Source: an uncultured Actinomycetes bacterium (GTDB lineage Bacteria; Actinomycetota; Thermoleophilia; Solirubrobacterales; Solirubrobacteraceae). Taken from it: 64,000 nt of DNA. Positions 1 to 9,026 of this stretch are shown piece by piece. The stretch spans positions 317,940 to 381,939 of the forward strand of contig CAWHMB010000004.1 of assembly GCA_963830405.1 (NCBI GenBank). The letters run 5' to 3'. Numbering within the stretch: the stretch's first letter is position 1; every line of letters starts with the position of its first letter. The position numbers and the translations under genes were made by a program. The notes beneath the pieces were generated by a model. It was not told the DNA's origin and ran no database searches. It saw only the letters and a program-made list of their open reading frames with translations.

Positions 1-447
1 GCCGCCGCCGCCATCATCGTCATCGGGGTCGGGTTCGGTCTCCTTTCCACCGGGTTGGCGTTCCTGGTCGGTACGGTGCTGGCCGCGTCCATCCCGGTCG
101 CTCTGGGCGGGGGCCTGGTGCGATTGATCCGGGAGGATGGGGTAACAGTCCAGGCGGTCGCGGGGGCGCTCTCGATCTACCTGCTCGCCGGTTTGCTGTT
201 CGCGTCAGCGATCTCGTTTGTGGCTGCTGTTCAGAGCGGTCCGTTCTTCGCTCAGGCTGCCAACGTGACGAACGGCGATCGCGTGTACTACTCGTTCGCG
301 GTCCTTACGACTACGGGGTTCGGCGACTACACGCCCGCGACGCAGGTCGGGCACGCCCTCGCCGTGCTCGAGATGCTGACCGGGCAGCTGTACCTGGTCA
401 CCGTCATCGGAGTCCTTGTCGGCAACTTGGTCGCGAGGAAAAGATGA
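1..447 (+). CDS. K+ channel pore-domain (Ion_trans_2) membrane protein, 5' end outside window
   Basis: Frame open from base 1; pore motif VYYSFAVLTTTGFGDYTP followed by TM LAVLEMLTGQLYLV; paralogue of 56642..57340. Confidence 0.8.
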   Translation, partial: AAAAIIVIGVGFGLLSTGLAFLVGTVLAASIPVALGGGLVRLIREDGVTVQAVAGALSIYLLAGLLFASAISFVAAVQSGPFFAQAANVTNGDRVYYSFAVLTTTGFGDYTPATQVGHALAVLEMLTGQLYLVTVIGVLVGNLVARKR

Positions 448-512
448 ACGATCGCTCTGGCTGCCGGGCCCCCGATCGCGTTTCACAGCGCCGCGTACTC
501 CCGTCTAGCGCA

Positions 513-1082
513 TTACTTCGACGCGGCCGCGGTCGCTCGCCCGGAAGCTTCGCGAATCGCCCGCTTCTTCGCGCGGCTCACTTCCGCAATAGACGGCTGT
601 GGCACGTCGACGACTACGGTGCGGGCGAGCCAGTCCTGGAATCCGCGCCGCCGGCTGTCAAACAGGATCCGCACGAACCCGGCAAACAGCGGTAGCGCCG
701 CCAGGACGACCCCGATGCAGCGCACGACCGCCCACTTAGGCCTGACCTGCGCCCCGTCCGTCGTCAGCACCCGGATCTGCATCACGCGAGCACCCGGCGA
801 CTGTCCCGTCGTCGACCAGAAGATGACAAAGTAGGCGATCGACCCAAGGATGACCGCTGCTGCTCCGAGCGCGAGCAGGACAGTCCTCAGGGCCTGCGGG
901 ATATGCAGGAGCCCCAGGATGAGTGCGGCACCGAGTCCTGCCACGACGTCCACCAGGGCGATCAGTCCGGCGTCGATCGTGAACGAGATCGCTCTTGTGA
1001 CCAGGCCGGCATAGCGCACGTCCTGAGCGGGGGCGGTGCCCGCGGGCGCCGCACCGACCGCAGCCGCCCGCCCCCCGCTCAC
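513..1082 (-). CDS. RDD family membrane protein
   Basis: YAGLVTRAISFTID N-terminal motif, STTGQSPGARVMQIRV, RRRGFQDWLARTVVV C-terminal motif. Confidence 0.85.
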   Translation of the reverse strand: MSGGRAAAVGAAPAGTAPAQDVRYAGLVTRAISFTIDAGLIALVDVVAGLGAALILGLLHIPQALRTVLLALGAAAVILGSIAYFVIFWSTTGQSPGARVMQIRVLTTDGAQVRPKWAVVRCIGVVLAALPLFAGFVRILFDSRRRGFQDWLARTVVVDVPQPSIAEVSRAKKRAIREASGRATAAASK

Positions 1083-1618
1083 CAGCTGCTCGCCGCAGGT
1101 TCCGCGGGGAGCGCCCTCGGCGGACGGTGGGTCAGCCGTCGGGCGGCGCGCTCCATCCAGGAATCGGCCTGGCGCGACCGGCTCCGCATCTCGTCGCCGA
1201 GCTGATCGGCAAAGCCCAGCCCCTGCTCAGAGATCGCGGCGGTCACTGCCGGGCTGGCGGCGACCTCATCGACCAGGCGCCACAGGCCGTCGTCGGCCAG
1301 TAGCCGCTTGAGGAACCGGTCAAGCAGCCCGCTGTCGAACAGGCTGTCGACGAGTCGCGCGGCTGACTCGCTCGCCAGCGCTCGCTCCAGTGCCGCTTGA
1401 ATGGATGGACTGTTGAGCGCGGCGGTCAGAATCCGCTCCAACGCGTCGCTGTCGAGCACCCGATCGACCGCCCGCAGCTCCAGGCTCAGGCCCGCCTCGG
1501 CGCCAGCTTCCACCACGCCGGCTAGCGGCCTCAGCGTGGTTGTCGCCGCGCGGATGCCGAGGTCCGCGAGCGGTCGCAAGACGCGTGGTCGGAGGTTTCC
1601 TCGGGAGTCGACGGACAT
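1079..1618 (-). CDS. hypothetical helical protein, translationally coupled to RDD gene
   Basis: 179-aa ORF with 4-bp overlap into RDD start; a related remnant precedes the second RDD at 60182..60427. Confidence 0.6.
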   Translation of the reverse strand: MSVDSRGNLRPRVLRPLADLGIRAATTTLRPLAGVVEAGAEAGLSLELRAVDRVLDSDALERILTAALNSPSIQAALERALASESAARLVDSLFDSGLLDRFLKRLLADDGLWRLVDEVAASPAVTAAISEQGLGFADQLGDEMRSRSRQADSWMERAARRLTHRPPRALPAEPAASSW

Positions 1619-1661
1619 GGGTTAGCAGGGACCATCATGCCGCGCGGGAGCGCCGCTGCCA

Positions 1662-1678
1662 TCACCCAAATCAGGCGA
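1662..1678. promoter_or_regulatory. palindromic operator-like motif (2 mismatches)
   Basis: (CA)TCACCC-AAATC-AGGCGA(TG), intergenic. Confidence 0.55.
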
Positions 1679-1691
1679 TGCGTAACGACAC

Positions 1692-1844
1692 GTGTTGTTC
1701 GACCCGAACAACTGGTCGAAGACGAGCACGCAACTGCTGGAGCACCCCAACGTCCGGGCGACCGCGGCCAACTACCTTGTGGATCAGCTCTATGCCAACG
1801 ATAACGTCGCCGGGCTGATCAAGCAGGCGTTCCCCGGCGGGCCC
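1692..1844 (+). pseudogene. remnant of SHOCT-tailed membrane protein (paralogue of 57463..58905)
   Basis: LFDPNNWSKTSTQLLEHPNVRATAANYLVDQLY aligns by eye to LNTDNWTNTSSQLLRDKEIQTAVSAYTVNQLF; similarity ends at the DUF2252 stop. Confidence 0.6.
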
Positions 1845-3275
1845 TCACACCCCCGTCTGCGCGACGATCCTCCCGGACCTGACGGCCTTTGCCAGGGCCT
1901 TGTGGTCCTGCTCGTTCTGATCCGAGTACGCTCTGGAGAACTCGAGGACCGCCCGGTCGAAGGCGGAACTTTTACCGAGGTATGCGGCGATGGCTACTCG
2001 GTCGCCGCTGCGGGCGTGGGCGCGGGCGAGCGTCCAGCCGCACAGCCTGCCGTACGCGGTCATGCCCCGCGGGACCATCTGCTCGATCTCCGCCGAGCCC
2101 TTCCAGTCCTTGAGCTGCCGGCCGTAGAAGTCGCGAGCGACTCCGTCCAGGCCCGCGCTCACGTGCACCCACCCGAGGAAGATGTCGCTGGTGGCCTGCA
2201 TCAGCAGCTGTCCGGTGACCACCCGCTGACCGTGGTTCTTAAAGACGCTCTTGCCGACGTGTTCCTCCAGCACCGATGCTTCGGCCTCCTTTAGCTGCAA
2301 GAAGAGCGGATCATCCCGATCGCGGCCGGACAGCAACGCGATCCACGCCCGGGTGCCGACGCTTCCGACGCCGACAACCTTCCGCGCGAAATCCGAGAGC
2401 TGATATTGCTCGAGTAGCCCGCGCCTGGCGGACTCCAACGACCGGCGGTACGTCTGGATCAGCTCGTGCAGGTCTTCGAACACTTCGTCCAGCTCGGGCT
2501 CCGGAATAAGCGCGCGCAGCGGGACGATGAGCGGCGACTGATCGACGATCTCGGCACGGCCGTCGACGCGCTGTGTCAGCTTCGAGAACGCGGACATGCT
2601 GTCGCGCGTGCGCGCCTTCGCGAGCGTCTTCTTCGTGCGCTTGACCATCGAGCTCTTGAACTGGGAGGCGTGTTCCCGTAGCAAGGGTTCGATCTCCAGG
2701 CGCGCATACCAGACCGCGAGGTTTTCCATCCCCGCAAAGGTCCGCATGGCGCCGCGGTACTGGGCGACGGTGTCGAGCACGATCCGGTCCTGAGCCTTGA
2801 CCCTATAGCCGTTGTCGCGTGCCGCGATCAACATGCTCGCGGCGAGGCGCTTTACGTCCCACTCCCACGGCCCGGGGAGTGTCTCGTCGAAGTCGTTGAT
2901 GTCGAACACGAGCCGCCGCTCGGGTGAGGCGAAAACGCCGAAGTTCGACAGGTGCGCATCCCCGCAACACTGTACGTTCAGACCTGAGCGCGGTGTCCCT
3001 GCAAGATCATGAGCCATGATCTTGGCCGCCCCCCGGTAGAAGGTGAAGGGCGAGACCAGCATTCGCCCATAGCGAATCGGGACGAGCTCGGGCAAACGAG
3101 TCCTCGCCTGGTCCTCGAGCAGCTCGATCGGGTCGGCGCGATCTGCCGGCGCCTCGAACTCGGCATGACGGGATCTCGGTACCTCAGCGCGCGCTGCCTT
3201 GCCACGTGCTATCCGCTCTGCCACCGTAAGGTGAGGCGGATCGGCGGTTCGCGCTCGCTTGGCAGTCGTAGCCAC
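1845..3275 (-). CDS. DUF2252 family protein (copy 1, intact)
   Basis: RYGRMLVSPFTFYRGAA, CCGDAHLSNFG, FDINDFDE, KVVGVGSVGTR, RQLKDWKGS; GTG start at 3275 chosen because the longer ORF to 3314 overlaps the operator motif. Confidence 0.9.
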   Translation of the reverse strand: MATTAKRARTADPPHLTVAERIARGKAARAEVPRSRHAEFEAPADRADPIELLEDQARTRLPELVPIRYGRMLVSPFTFYRGAAKIMAHDLAGTPRSGLNVQCCGDAHLSNFGVFASPERRLVFDINDFDETLPGPWEWDVKRLAASMLIAARDNGYRVKAQDRIVLDTVAQYRGAMRTFAGMENLAVWYARLEIEPLLREHASQFKSSMVKRTKKTLAKARTRDSMSAFSKLTQRVDGRAEIVDQSPLIVPLRALIPEPELDEVFEDLHELIQTYRRSLESARRGLLEQYQLSDFARKVVGVGSVGTRAWIALLSGRDRDDPLFLQLKEAEASVLEEHVGKSVFKNHGQRVVTGQLLMQATSDIFLGWVHVSAGLDGVARDFYGRQLKDWKGSAEIEQMVPRGMTAYGRLCGWTLARAHARSGDRVAIAAYLGKSSAFDRAVLEFSRAYSDQNEQDHKALAKAVRSGRIVAQTGV

Positions 3276-3310
3276 GATCAGCCAGCGTGGCAGAACCGGG
3301 TAGCGATCCA

Positions 3311-3327
3311 TCACCCGATGCGGGTGA
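3311..3327. promoter_or_regulatory. palindromic operator-like motif (exact)
   Basis: TCACCC-GATGC-GGGTGA in divergent gap. Confidence 0.75.
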
Positions 3328-3338
3328 GAACGCCGGGC

Positions 3339-3355
3339 TCATCCATTCCGGATGA
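3339..3355. promoter_or_regulatory. palindromic operator-like motif (exact)
   Basis: TCATCC-ATTCC-GGATGA, 28 bp after previous copy. Confidence 0.75.
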
Positions 3356-3395
3356 CGACGATGGCCGCCCGGCGGGCGATACTGGCCCGCGGTCG

Positions 3396-5444
3396 ATGGA
3401 GGCGAACGATTCATACGGGCAGACGGTGACCTGGAACCCGCAGCTGCCTAGGTACCGCCTGCTGCACGTGTTGGTCTCGTGGCTGGTCGCCGGCGCGTCG
3501 CTGTTCATCGCAGCGGCGATCGTTCCGCACGTCAGCGTCGGGAACTTCGCAAATGCGCTGGTGGCCGCGGTGGTGATCGGGGCGCTGAACGCTGTGCTCC
3601 CACCCCTGGTTGCCGCACTCCGCCTGCCGTTCACGCTGGCGCTCGGCTTTGGGATCGTGCTGGTCCTCGACGCGCTGATGCTGCTGCTCGTATCTCACAT
3701 CACCACGAGAACGATCCGAGTCGACTCGTTCGGCTGGGCGCTTCTCGCATCGCTCGTCATCGCGGCGTTGACGCTCGTGCTGGAGGTGATCTTCGGCGCC
3801 AATGACGACGACACATACTCGCTGCGCGTGATCCGGCGGATCGCGCACCGCCAGGGCAAGGCAGTTCATACCGACACTCCCGGGATCATCTTCCTCGAGA
3901 TCGACGGGCTGGCTCGGCCTGTCCTTCAGCGGGCGATTCGTGATGGCAACGCGCCGGAGATGGCGAGTTGGCTCGAGACCCGCACGCACCGCCTAGAGGA
4001 ATGGGAGCCCGACCTGAGCTCACAGACCGGAGCCAGCCAGGCTGGGATCCTGTTGGGCTCAAATGAGGACATTCCGGCGTTCCGGTGGGTCGAGAAAGCC
4101 ACGGGGAAGCTGATGACCTGTTCGTCGCCCGACGACTGCGCCGAGATCGAGCGCCGGCTGGCGACCGGCCACGGGCTTCTCATCGACGACGGCGCCAGCC
4201 GTGGAAACCTGTTCTCCGGGGAGGCCGACGCGGTGATCCTGACGGTCAGCCGGATCAGCGCCGAGAAGAAGTCTAATCCCGGCTACCGCGCGTTCCTGGC
4301 CAACGGATTCAACGTCACCCGACTGCTGGTTCTGTTCTGCTGGGAAGCGCTGCTCGAGAAGGTGGCAGCGATACAGCAGCGGCGACGCAACGTATGGCCG
4401 CGCGGTCACCGCGGCGGCAAGTATCCGTTGCTGCGGGCAGCACTTTGCGTCGGCGTGCGGGACCTGATCGTGTTCGGCGTCCTGACCGACATGATGCGCG
4501 GGCGCCCGGCGGTGTACGCGACCTTCTCTAGCTACGACGAGGTCGCCCACCATTCGGGGCTCGAGCGGCCCGATACGCTCGAAGCACTGCGCAAGCTCGA
4601 CCAGCAGTTCAGGCGGATCGCGCGTGCCCGGCGCTTCGCGCCAAGGCCCTACGAGCTCGTGGTGCTCTCGGACCATGGGCAGACCCAGGGGGCCACGTTC
4701 AAGCAGCGAAACGGCTACGACCTGCAGGAGCTCGTCGAGCGCTCGATCAAAGGCGGCAAGGTCGCGCGTCTCCGAACGGGCGACGAGAACGACGCCGCGG
4801 TAGGGCATGTGGTCGCTGAAGCCACGGGCCGGACCGGCGCCCCCAGCGGCGACGGTATCGACAACCACGAGGTGATCGTGCTCGCGTCGGGCAATCTCGG
4901 GCTGATCTATCTGATGGACACACCCCATCGTTTGTGCATGGAGGAGATCAACGAGCGGCACCCTCGACTGCTCGAGGCCCTGCGCGAGCACCCGCACATT
5001 GGCTTCCTTCTCGTGCGCTCACGGGATCGCGGACCGCTGGCTCTCGGCCCCCGCGGCGCTCGCTACCTGGCCGAGGACACAGTGAAGGGCGAGGATCCCC
5101 TCGCGCTGTTTTCACCTAGCGCGGCCGGCCACCTGCGCCGGACGGACGGATTCGAGCATGTCGCCGACATCATGGTCAACAGCTTCTACGACGCAGACCT
5201 CGAGCAGGGATGTGCGTTCGAGGAGCTGATCTCATTCCACGGTGGGCTGGGCGGACCACAGACCGAGCCGTTCATCCTTCATCCCCGGGTGCTGCCGATG
5301 CCCCCGCGACGCATCGTCGGCGCGGCCGCAGCGCACGACATCCTGGCCGGCTGGCGGCGCTTGCTCCAAGACGAGCCGGCGGAACCTGGGCGACCGCCTC
5401 GCGATCTCGCGCCCGCCGCCGGCCTTACCGACCACTGGAGATGA
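3396..5444 (+). CDS. 4-TM phage-holin-like (YvlD/DUF360 type) domain fused to alkaline phosphatase/phosphodiesterase-superfamily domain
   Basis: N-terminal hydrophobic helices (VSVGNFANALVAAVVIGALNAVL...VDSFGWALLAS); metal ligands EIDGL, YDEVAHHSG, LSDHGQT, SFHGGL; start inferred. Confidence 0.75.
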   Translation: MEANDSYGQTVTWNPQLPRYRLLHVLVSWLVAGASLFIAAAIVPHVSVGNFANALVAAVVIGALNAVLPPLVAALRLPFTLALGFGIVLVLDALMLLLVSHITTRTIRVDSFGWALLASLVIAALTLVLEVIFGANDDDTYSLRVIRRIAHRQGKAVHTDTPGIIFLEIDGLARPVLQRAIRDGNAPEMASWLETRTHRLEEWEPDLSSQTGASQAGILLGSNEDIPAFRWVEKATGKLMTCSSPDDCAEIERRLATGHGLLIDDGASRGNLFSGEADAVILTVSRISAEKKSNPGYRAFLANGFNVTRLLVLFCWEALLEKVAAIQQRRRNVWPRGHRGGKYPLLRAALCVGVRDLIVFGVLTDMMRGRPAVYATFSSYDEVAHHSGLERPDTLEALRKLDQQFRRIARARRFAPRPYELVVLSDHGQTQGATFKQRNGYDLQELVERSIKGGKVARLRTGDENDAAVGHVVAEATGRTGAPSGDGIDNHEVIVLASGNLGLIYLMDTPHRLCMEEINERHPRLLEALREHPHIGFLLVRSRDRGPLALGPRGARYLAEDTVKGEDPLALFSPSAAGHLRRTDGFEHVADIMVNSFYDADLEQGCAFEELISFHGGLGGPQTEPFILHPRVLPMPPRRIVGAAAAHDILAGWRRLLQDEPAEPGRPPRDLAPAAGLTDHWR

Positions 5445-5489
5445 TGGCGTCTGCCGTGGGCTGACGGTAGTGCCGCCGCCTAGCCTGAG

Positions 5490-6767
5490 TTATGCCCCGG
5501 AGAGGTCCCGGCCGCGCAAGCGATGGTCCGGCGCAGGAACGCTTTCCATCACCGGTCCGGAGCCGCGCGCACGCGCTTCGTGCCACAGGGCATATCGCCT
5601 GGCCAGCGGCGCTGCCGTGAGACCGTGCGCGACCACCGACACGCCGATGGTCAGATAGCTCGCCAGCAGGATCGTCTCGGCGCCTGGCAGATGCGCCTCC
5701 TGGACGACGATCACGGCGAAGACGATCGACGCTAGACCCCGAGGGCCAAACCAGCCGAGAAAACCCACGGTTTGCCACTTGGCACGACTTCCGATCATCG
5801 CGATCGCTACGGGCAACATGCGAACAATTGTCAAGCTGGCCACCGCATATAGCGCTATCTGCCAAGTCACGTGCTTGAGCGCAGGGCCTAGCAGCAGCGC
5901 TCCGAAGATCAGGAACGTGACTCCGCCCAGCAGTCCTCCAAGTTCGTCGTTCAGCTGAAACGCACGCTCGGGCTCCCCTGCGACGAGCGCTCCGAAGATG
6001 GCTCCCGCAAGGAACGCCGCGATGAATCCCGAGCCCCCCAGAGAAGCCGCGAACCCGTAGGCAAGACCCGCCCCGGCGATAGGGATGACCTGGAGCCAGG
6101 CTCCGGTGATCATGTGACGGCGATAACCGACCGCGATGACAATGGCGGCGATTAGTCCTCCCACGACCCCTCCGAGGATCCCGTAGCCGATCTCCTCCGC
6201 CACGATGCTGACCGCCGAATGGGTCGTGGTCATCTTGTTCTCCACATCAGCCACTGCGAGCGTGATCAGCAGCAGCGGCACGCAGATCCCGTCATTGAGC
6301 CCGCTTTCGACATTGAGCCCTTGGCGGATGCGGGACGGGAGCCGCGGCTCGCTGACAACGGGCTGCCCGAGGGCGGCATCTGTGGGCGCCAGCACCACCG
6401 CCAGCACCACTGCCTCGGCTGTGCTCAGGTGGGTGAACATTGCGACCGCCAGGGCCGCCCCCACGACGATCGTGAGCGGCAGTCCGATACCCAGCAGACG
6501 AAGGGGGACCGCGCACTCCCGCCTGAGCACAGGCAACTTGATCCGTGAGGCATCGGCAAACAGCACCACCGCCAGGGTCGCCTCCGCCAGCGTGCGGACC
6601 GTCCCTCCGGTCGTGGACCCCGTCACCTCGTCGATCGCCAGCGGGCCCACCCATATGCCGATCAGAACAAACGCCATCGCGGGAGTGAACGACGTGTCCG
6701 TCAGTCGGCGCGACACACCAGCGACCGCGAGCAGCGCGGCTGCGATGATCGCAAGGTCCCATTTCAT
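5490..6767 (-). CDS. cation:proton antiporter (CPA1/NhaP-like), copy 1
   Basis: LAPTDAALG, NVESGLNDG, GWFGPRGLASIVF; about 12 TM. Confidence 0.9.
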   Translation of the reverse strand: MKWDLAIIAAALLAVAGVSRRLTDTSFTPAMAFVLIGIWVGPLAIDEVTGSTTGGTVRTLAEATLAVVLFADASRIKLPVLRRECAVPLRLLGIGLPLTIVVGAALAVAMFTHLSTAEAVVLAVVLAPTDAALGQPVVSEPRLPSRIRQGLNVESGLNDGICVPLLLITLAVADVENKMTTTHSAVSIVAEEIGYGILGGVVGGLIAAIVIAVGYRRHMITGAWLQVIPIAGAGLAYGFAASLGGSGFIAAFLAGAIFGALVAGEPERAFQLNDELGGLLGGVTFLIFGALLLGPALKHVTWQIALYAVASLTIVRMLPVAIAMIGSRAKWQTVGFLGWFGPRGLASIVFAVIVVQEAHLPGAETILLASYLTIGVSVVAHGLTAAPLARRYALWHEARARGSGPVMESVPAPDHRLRGRDLSGA

Positions 6768-6855
6768 ATGTCCGAAGCATCCCTCTCGGGTGCCGAGGGA
6801 CATCGCCCGGATCAGGTGACGCCTACCAGCCGGCATCTCGCTTCGTTCATGGTGA

Positions 6856-6891
6856 CCACCACTCTTGGGGTGCCCACCACTCTTGGCGTGC
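6856..6891. repeat. 18-bp tandem repeat x2
   Basis: ccaccactcttggggtgc / ccaccactcttggcgtgc, 1 mismatch. Confidence 0.85.
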
Positions 6892-6908
6892 CGGCGAGCA
6901 TTTCGCGT

Positions 6909-6920
6909 TCACCTGGGTGA
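6909..6920. promoter_or_regulatory. short palindrome TCACC-N2-GGTGA
   Basis: TCACC-TG-GGTGA; reverse complement context AATCACCCAGGTGAACG matches 11537..11553. Confidence 0.5.
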
Positions 6921-7093
6921 TTGCTCGGCGGGAGCCGTTCCTGGACCCAGGGGTCACTTAGCCTGACCCAATGACCGTCAGCCCGGCTGAACTCCGTCCT
7001 GCGAGGAGTAGCGATGACATCTAGTCCTCGCCAAGGAGAATGCACAGCCGTTGCAGCTAGCGGTACGGGACCAACCAACAGGAAAGGACCTTC

Positions 7094-7528
7094 ATGTCTA
7101 CGTCTGTAACACCTGAGACACCCAGACGCGAAGCCGCCTATGACAGCTACGCCGAGGAGCGCGGTTACGGCTGGGTCGTATTCGCAGGCACACTAATGCT
7201 GGTGCTGGGGACGATGAACGTCATCGAGGGCATCGCCGCGATCAGCAACGCGCACTTCTTCGTTCACAACACAAACTATGTCTTCGGGGACCTCAATGCG
7301 TGGGGTTGGGCAGTGCTTTGCGTAGGTGTGGCTCAGCTCGTGGTCGCACTGGGCGTGTTTGTCAAGAACCAGTTCGCACGTTGGACGGGCGTGGTCGTGC
7401 TCGGCCTGAACGCGATCGCGCAGTTGCTGATCATGCCCGCCTATCCGTTTTGGTCGCTCACGCTCTTCTCGATCGGCATCATCGGGCTCTACGGACTGGT
7501 CGCCTACGGTAAGCGGATCGAAGGCTGA
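7094..7528 (+). CDS. small 4-TM membrane protein (DUF7144-like)
   Basis: GWVVFAGTLMLVLGTMNVIEGIAAI...DLNAWGW...PAYPFWS; RBS GGAAAGGA. Confidence 0.75.
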   Translation: MSTSVTPETPRREAAYDSYAEERGYGWVVFAGTLMLVLGTMNVIEGIAAISNAHFFVHNTNYVFGDLNAWGWAVLCVGVAQLVVALGVFVKNQFARWTGVVVLGLNAIAQLLIMPAYPFWSLTLFSIGIIGLYGLVAYGKRIEG

Positions 7529-7577
7529 GCAGCCTTTTTCCCTCTCCAGGCCTTCTTCCCCTGCCGCTTAGGAGGAC

Positions 7578-7603
7578 GGGGCGTCGAGGCCGCTTGACGC
7601 CCC
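7578..7603. terminator. GC-rich hairpin between convergent genes
   Basis: ggggcgtcgag-gccg-cttgacgcccc, 11-bp stem with one G-U pair; no U-tract. Confidence 0.4.
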
Positions 7604-7705
7604 CATCCGGTCCCGGCCGTCCGTGACATGACCGGGAACGACGTGACGGTGGGGGGGTCGATCACGCCGGCGGGCGCGTTGAACACGCCGCTGCCGACGG
7701 CCCGT

Positions 7706-8926
7706 TCAGGCCGCAAATCGGTCCGCCAGCGTCGAGGTGAGGCCAGGAAGACCGCCCGTCGCGGCGGCCCAGGAACGCTGCCGATCCGCCCCATTGACCT
7801 CTGCCAGTCCCCGAACCTGATCGAGCTCCACCGAGCAGCCGAGGGCGGCTGCGTGTGCTTGGCACCTCGCGATTAGGGCCTCAGCGAGCGCTCGAACCGG
7901 CACCAGGCGGCGCTTCACCGGGTCGACCAATTGGGCATCCAGCCCGTCACGAGCAGCGAGGAAGCAGTTCTCCGCCAGAACTACTGACTCGACGTCGCCC
8001 TGCTTCGGCTTGCCCTCGAGAACCTGCCGCGCCAACGACTGAACCAACGCGATAAGAGGCGCGGTATCCGCAACAGTAGATTGCGCGTCCATCAACCGAA
8101 CCTCCACCGTTCCGAGCCGCGGCTGCAGGCGGACATCCCACCACAGAAAGCTCGGATCGGGCAGTGCACCCGAGGCGATTAGCGGGTCTACCGCCGCGAC
8201 ATAGTCCGTATAGCCGGTAAACCGCCGAAGCGTCCCGGTGCGGGGGAAGCCATGGAAGATCGCCGTCCGTGCGGAGGCGAATCCGCTGTCGCGCGCGTCG
8301 CAGAAGGGGGAGTTGGCAGACAGCGCGAGCAGCACCGGGAGAACGTCGCGGATGCCGTTCAGCAGCCGGATCGCGTCCTCAGGATCCGGAACGCCAACAT
8401 GCACATGAAGCGCCATCGTCGGTGCTCTGCGCACGAGCGAGCGCATCGACTCGGAGACCGCTCGGTAGCGCGTCGCGCCTGAGACCCGGGCTTCGTGTGT
8501 ACGCGCCATGGGATACGTCCCTGCACAAGCCGCGGTCAGACCGATTTCGCCCAGCTCGCTAGCCAGCCGGGAGCGCAGGCCTGCAAGCTCCGCCGCAGCC
8601 CTGGCGACGTCCAGGTGGATGCCCGTGTTCAACTCGATAACCGCCGCGTGGGTCTCCGGACAGGTGTGCTCAGCGAGATCCGTTGGGAGTCCCGAAAGCA
8701 CTCGGTCACTGGACTCCGCTAGCGAGTGGTCCGACGGCCGTAGGAGCATCAGCTCCTCCTCCACTCCAATCGTGTACTGCCGCTCCGCTCCGCGGCTCCA
8801 CCGCGCCCAGGTCGGCAGGGCGTCCGGACTCAGGCCGTTGCGCCCAAACACCGGCTCGGGGGAGAGCAACTCGACGTGACCGTCGGATGTCACCCCGAGA
8901 CGCTCGCTCCGCTCGTCAGGCATCAC
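7706..8926 (-). CDS. carboxylate-amine ligase, glutamate-cysteine ligase family 2 (YbdK-like)
   Basis: YTIGVEEELML, ALHVHVG, LALSANSPF, WWDVRLQPRLGTVEVRLMD. Confidence 0.85.
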   Translation of the reverse strand: MMPDERSERLGVTSDGHVELLSPEPVFGRNGLSPDALPTWARWSRGAERQYTIGVEEELMLLRPSDHSLAESSDRVLSGLPTDLAEHTCPETHAAVIELNTGIHLDVARAAAELAGLRSRLASELGEIGLTAACAGTYPMARTHEARVSGATRYRAVSESMRSLVRRAPTMALHVHVGVPDPEDAIRLLNGIRDVLPVLLALSANSPFCDARDSGFASARTAIFHGFPRTGTLRRFTGYTDYVAAVDPLIASGALPDPSFLWWDVRLQPRLGTVEVRLMDAQSTVADTAPLIALVQSLARQVLEGKPKQGDVESVVLAENCFLAARDGLDAQLVDPVKRRLVPVRALAEALIARCQAHAAALGCSVELDQVRGLAEVNGADRQRSWAAATGGLPGLTSTLADRFAA

Positions 8927-8998
8927 ACATCCGATACTTCGGGCTTCCCACGCGCTTTAGGATCCGCAGGACGATAAGCGCCCCCGGTCGCTCCTACG

Positions 8999-9015
8999 TC
9001 ACCCCGATGGGATGA
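8999..9015. promoter_or_regulatory. palindromic operator-like motif (exact)
   Basis: TCACCC-CGATG-GGATGA upstream of the ligase gene. Confidence 0.75.
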
Positions 9016-9026
9016 CGCATTCGTCC

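Noticed and set aside
3396-3810. Prophage suggested by a holin-like domain
   Set aside because: The domain is fused to a phosphoesterase, and no capsid, terminase, endolysin or integrase genes are present
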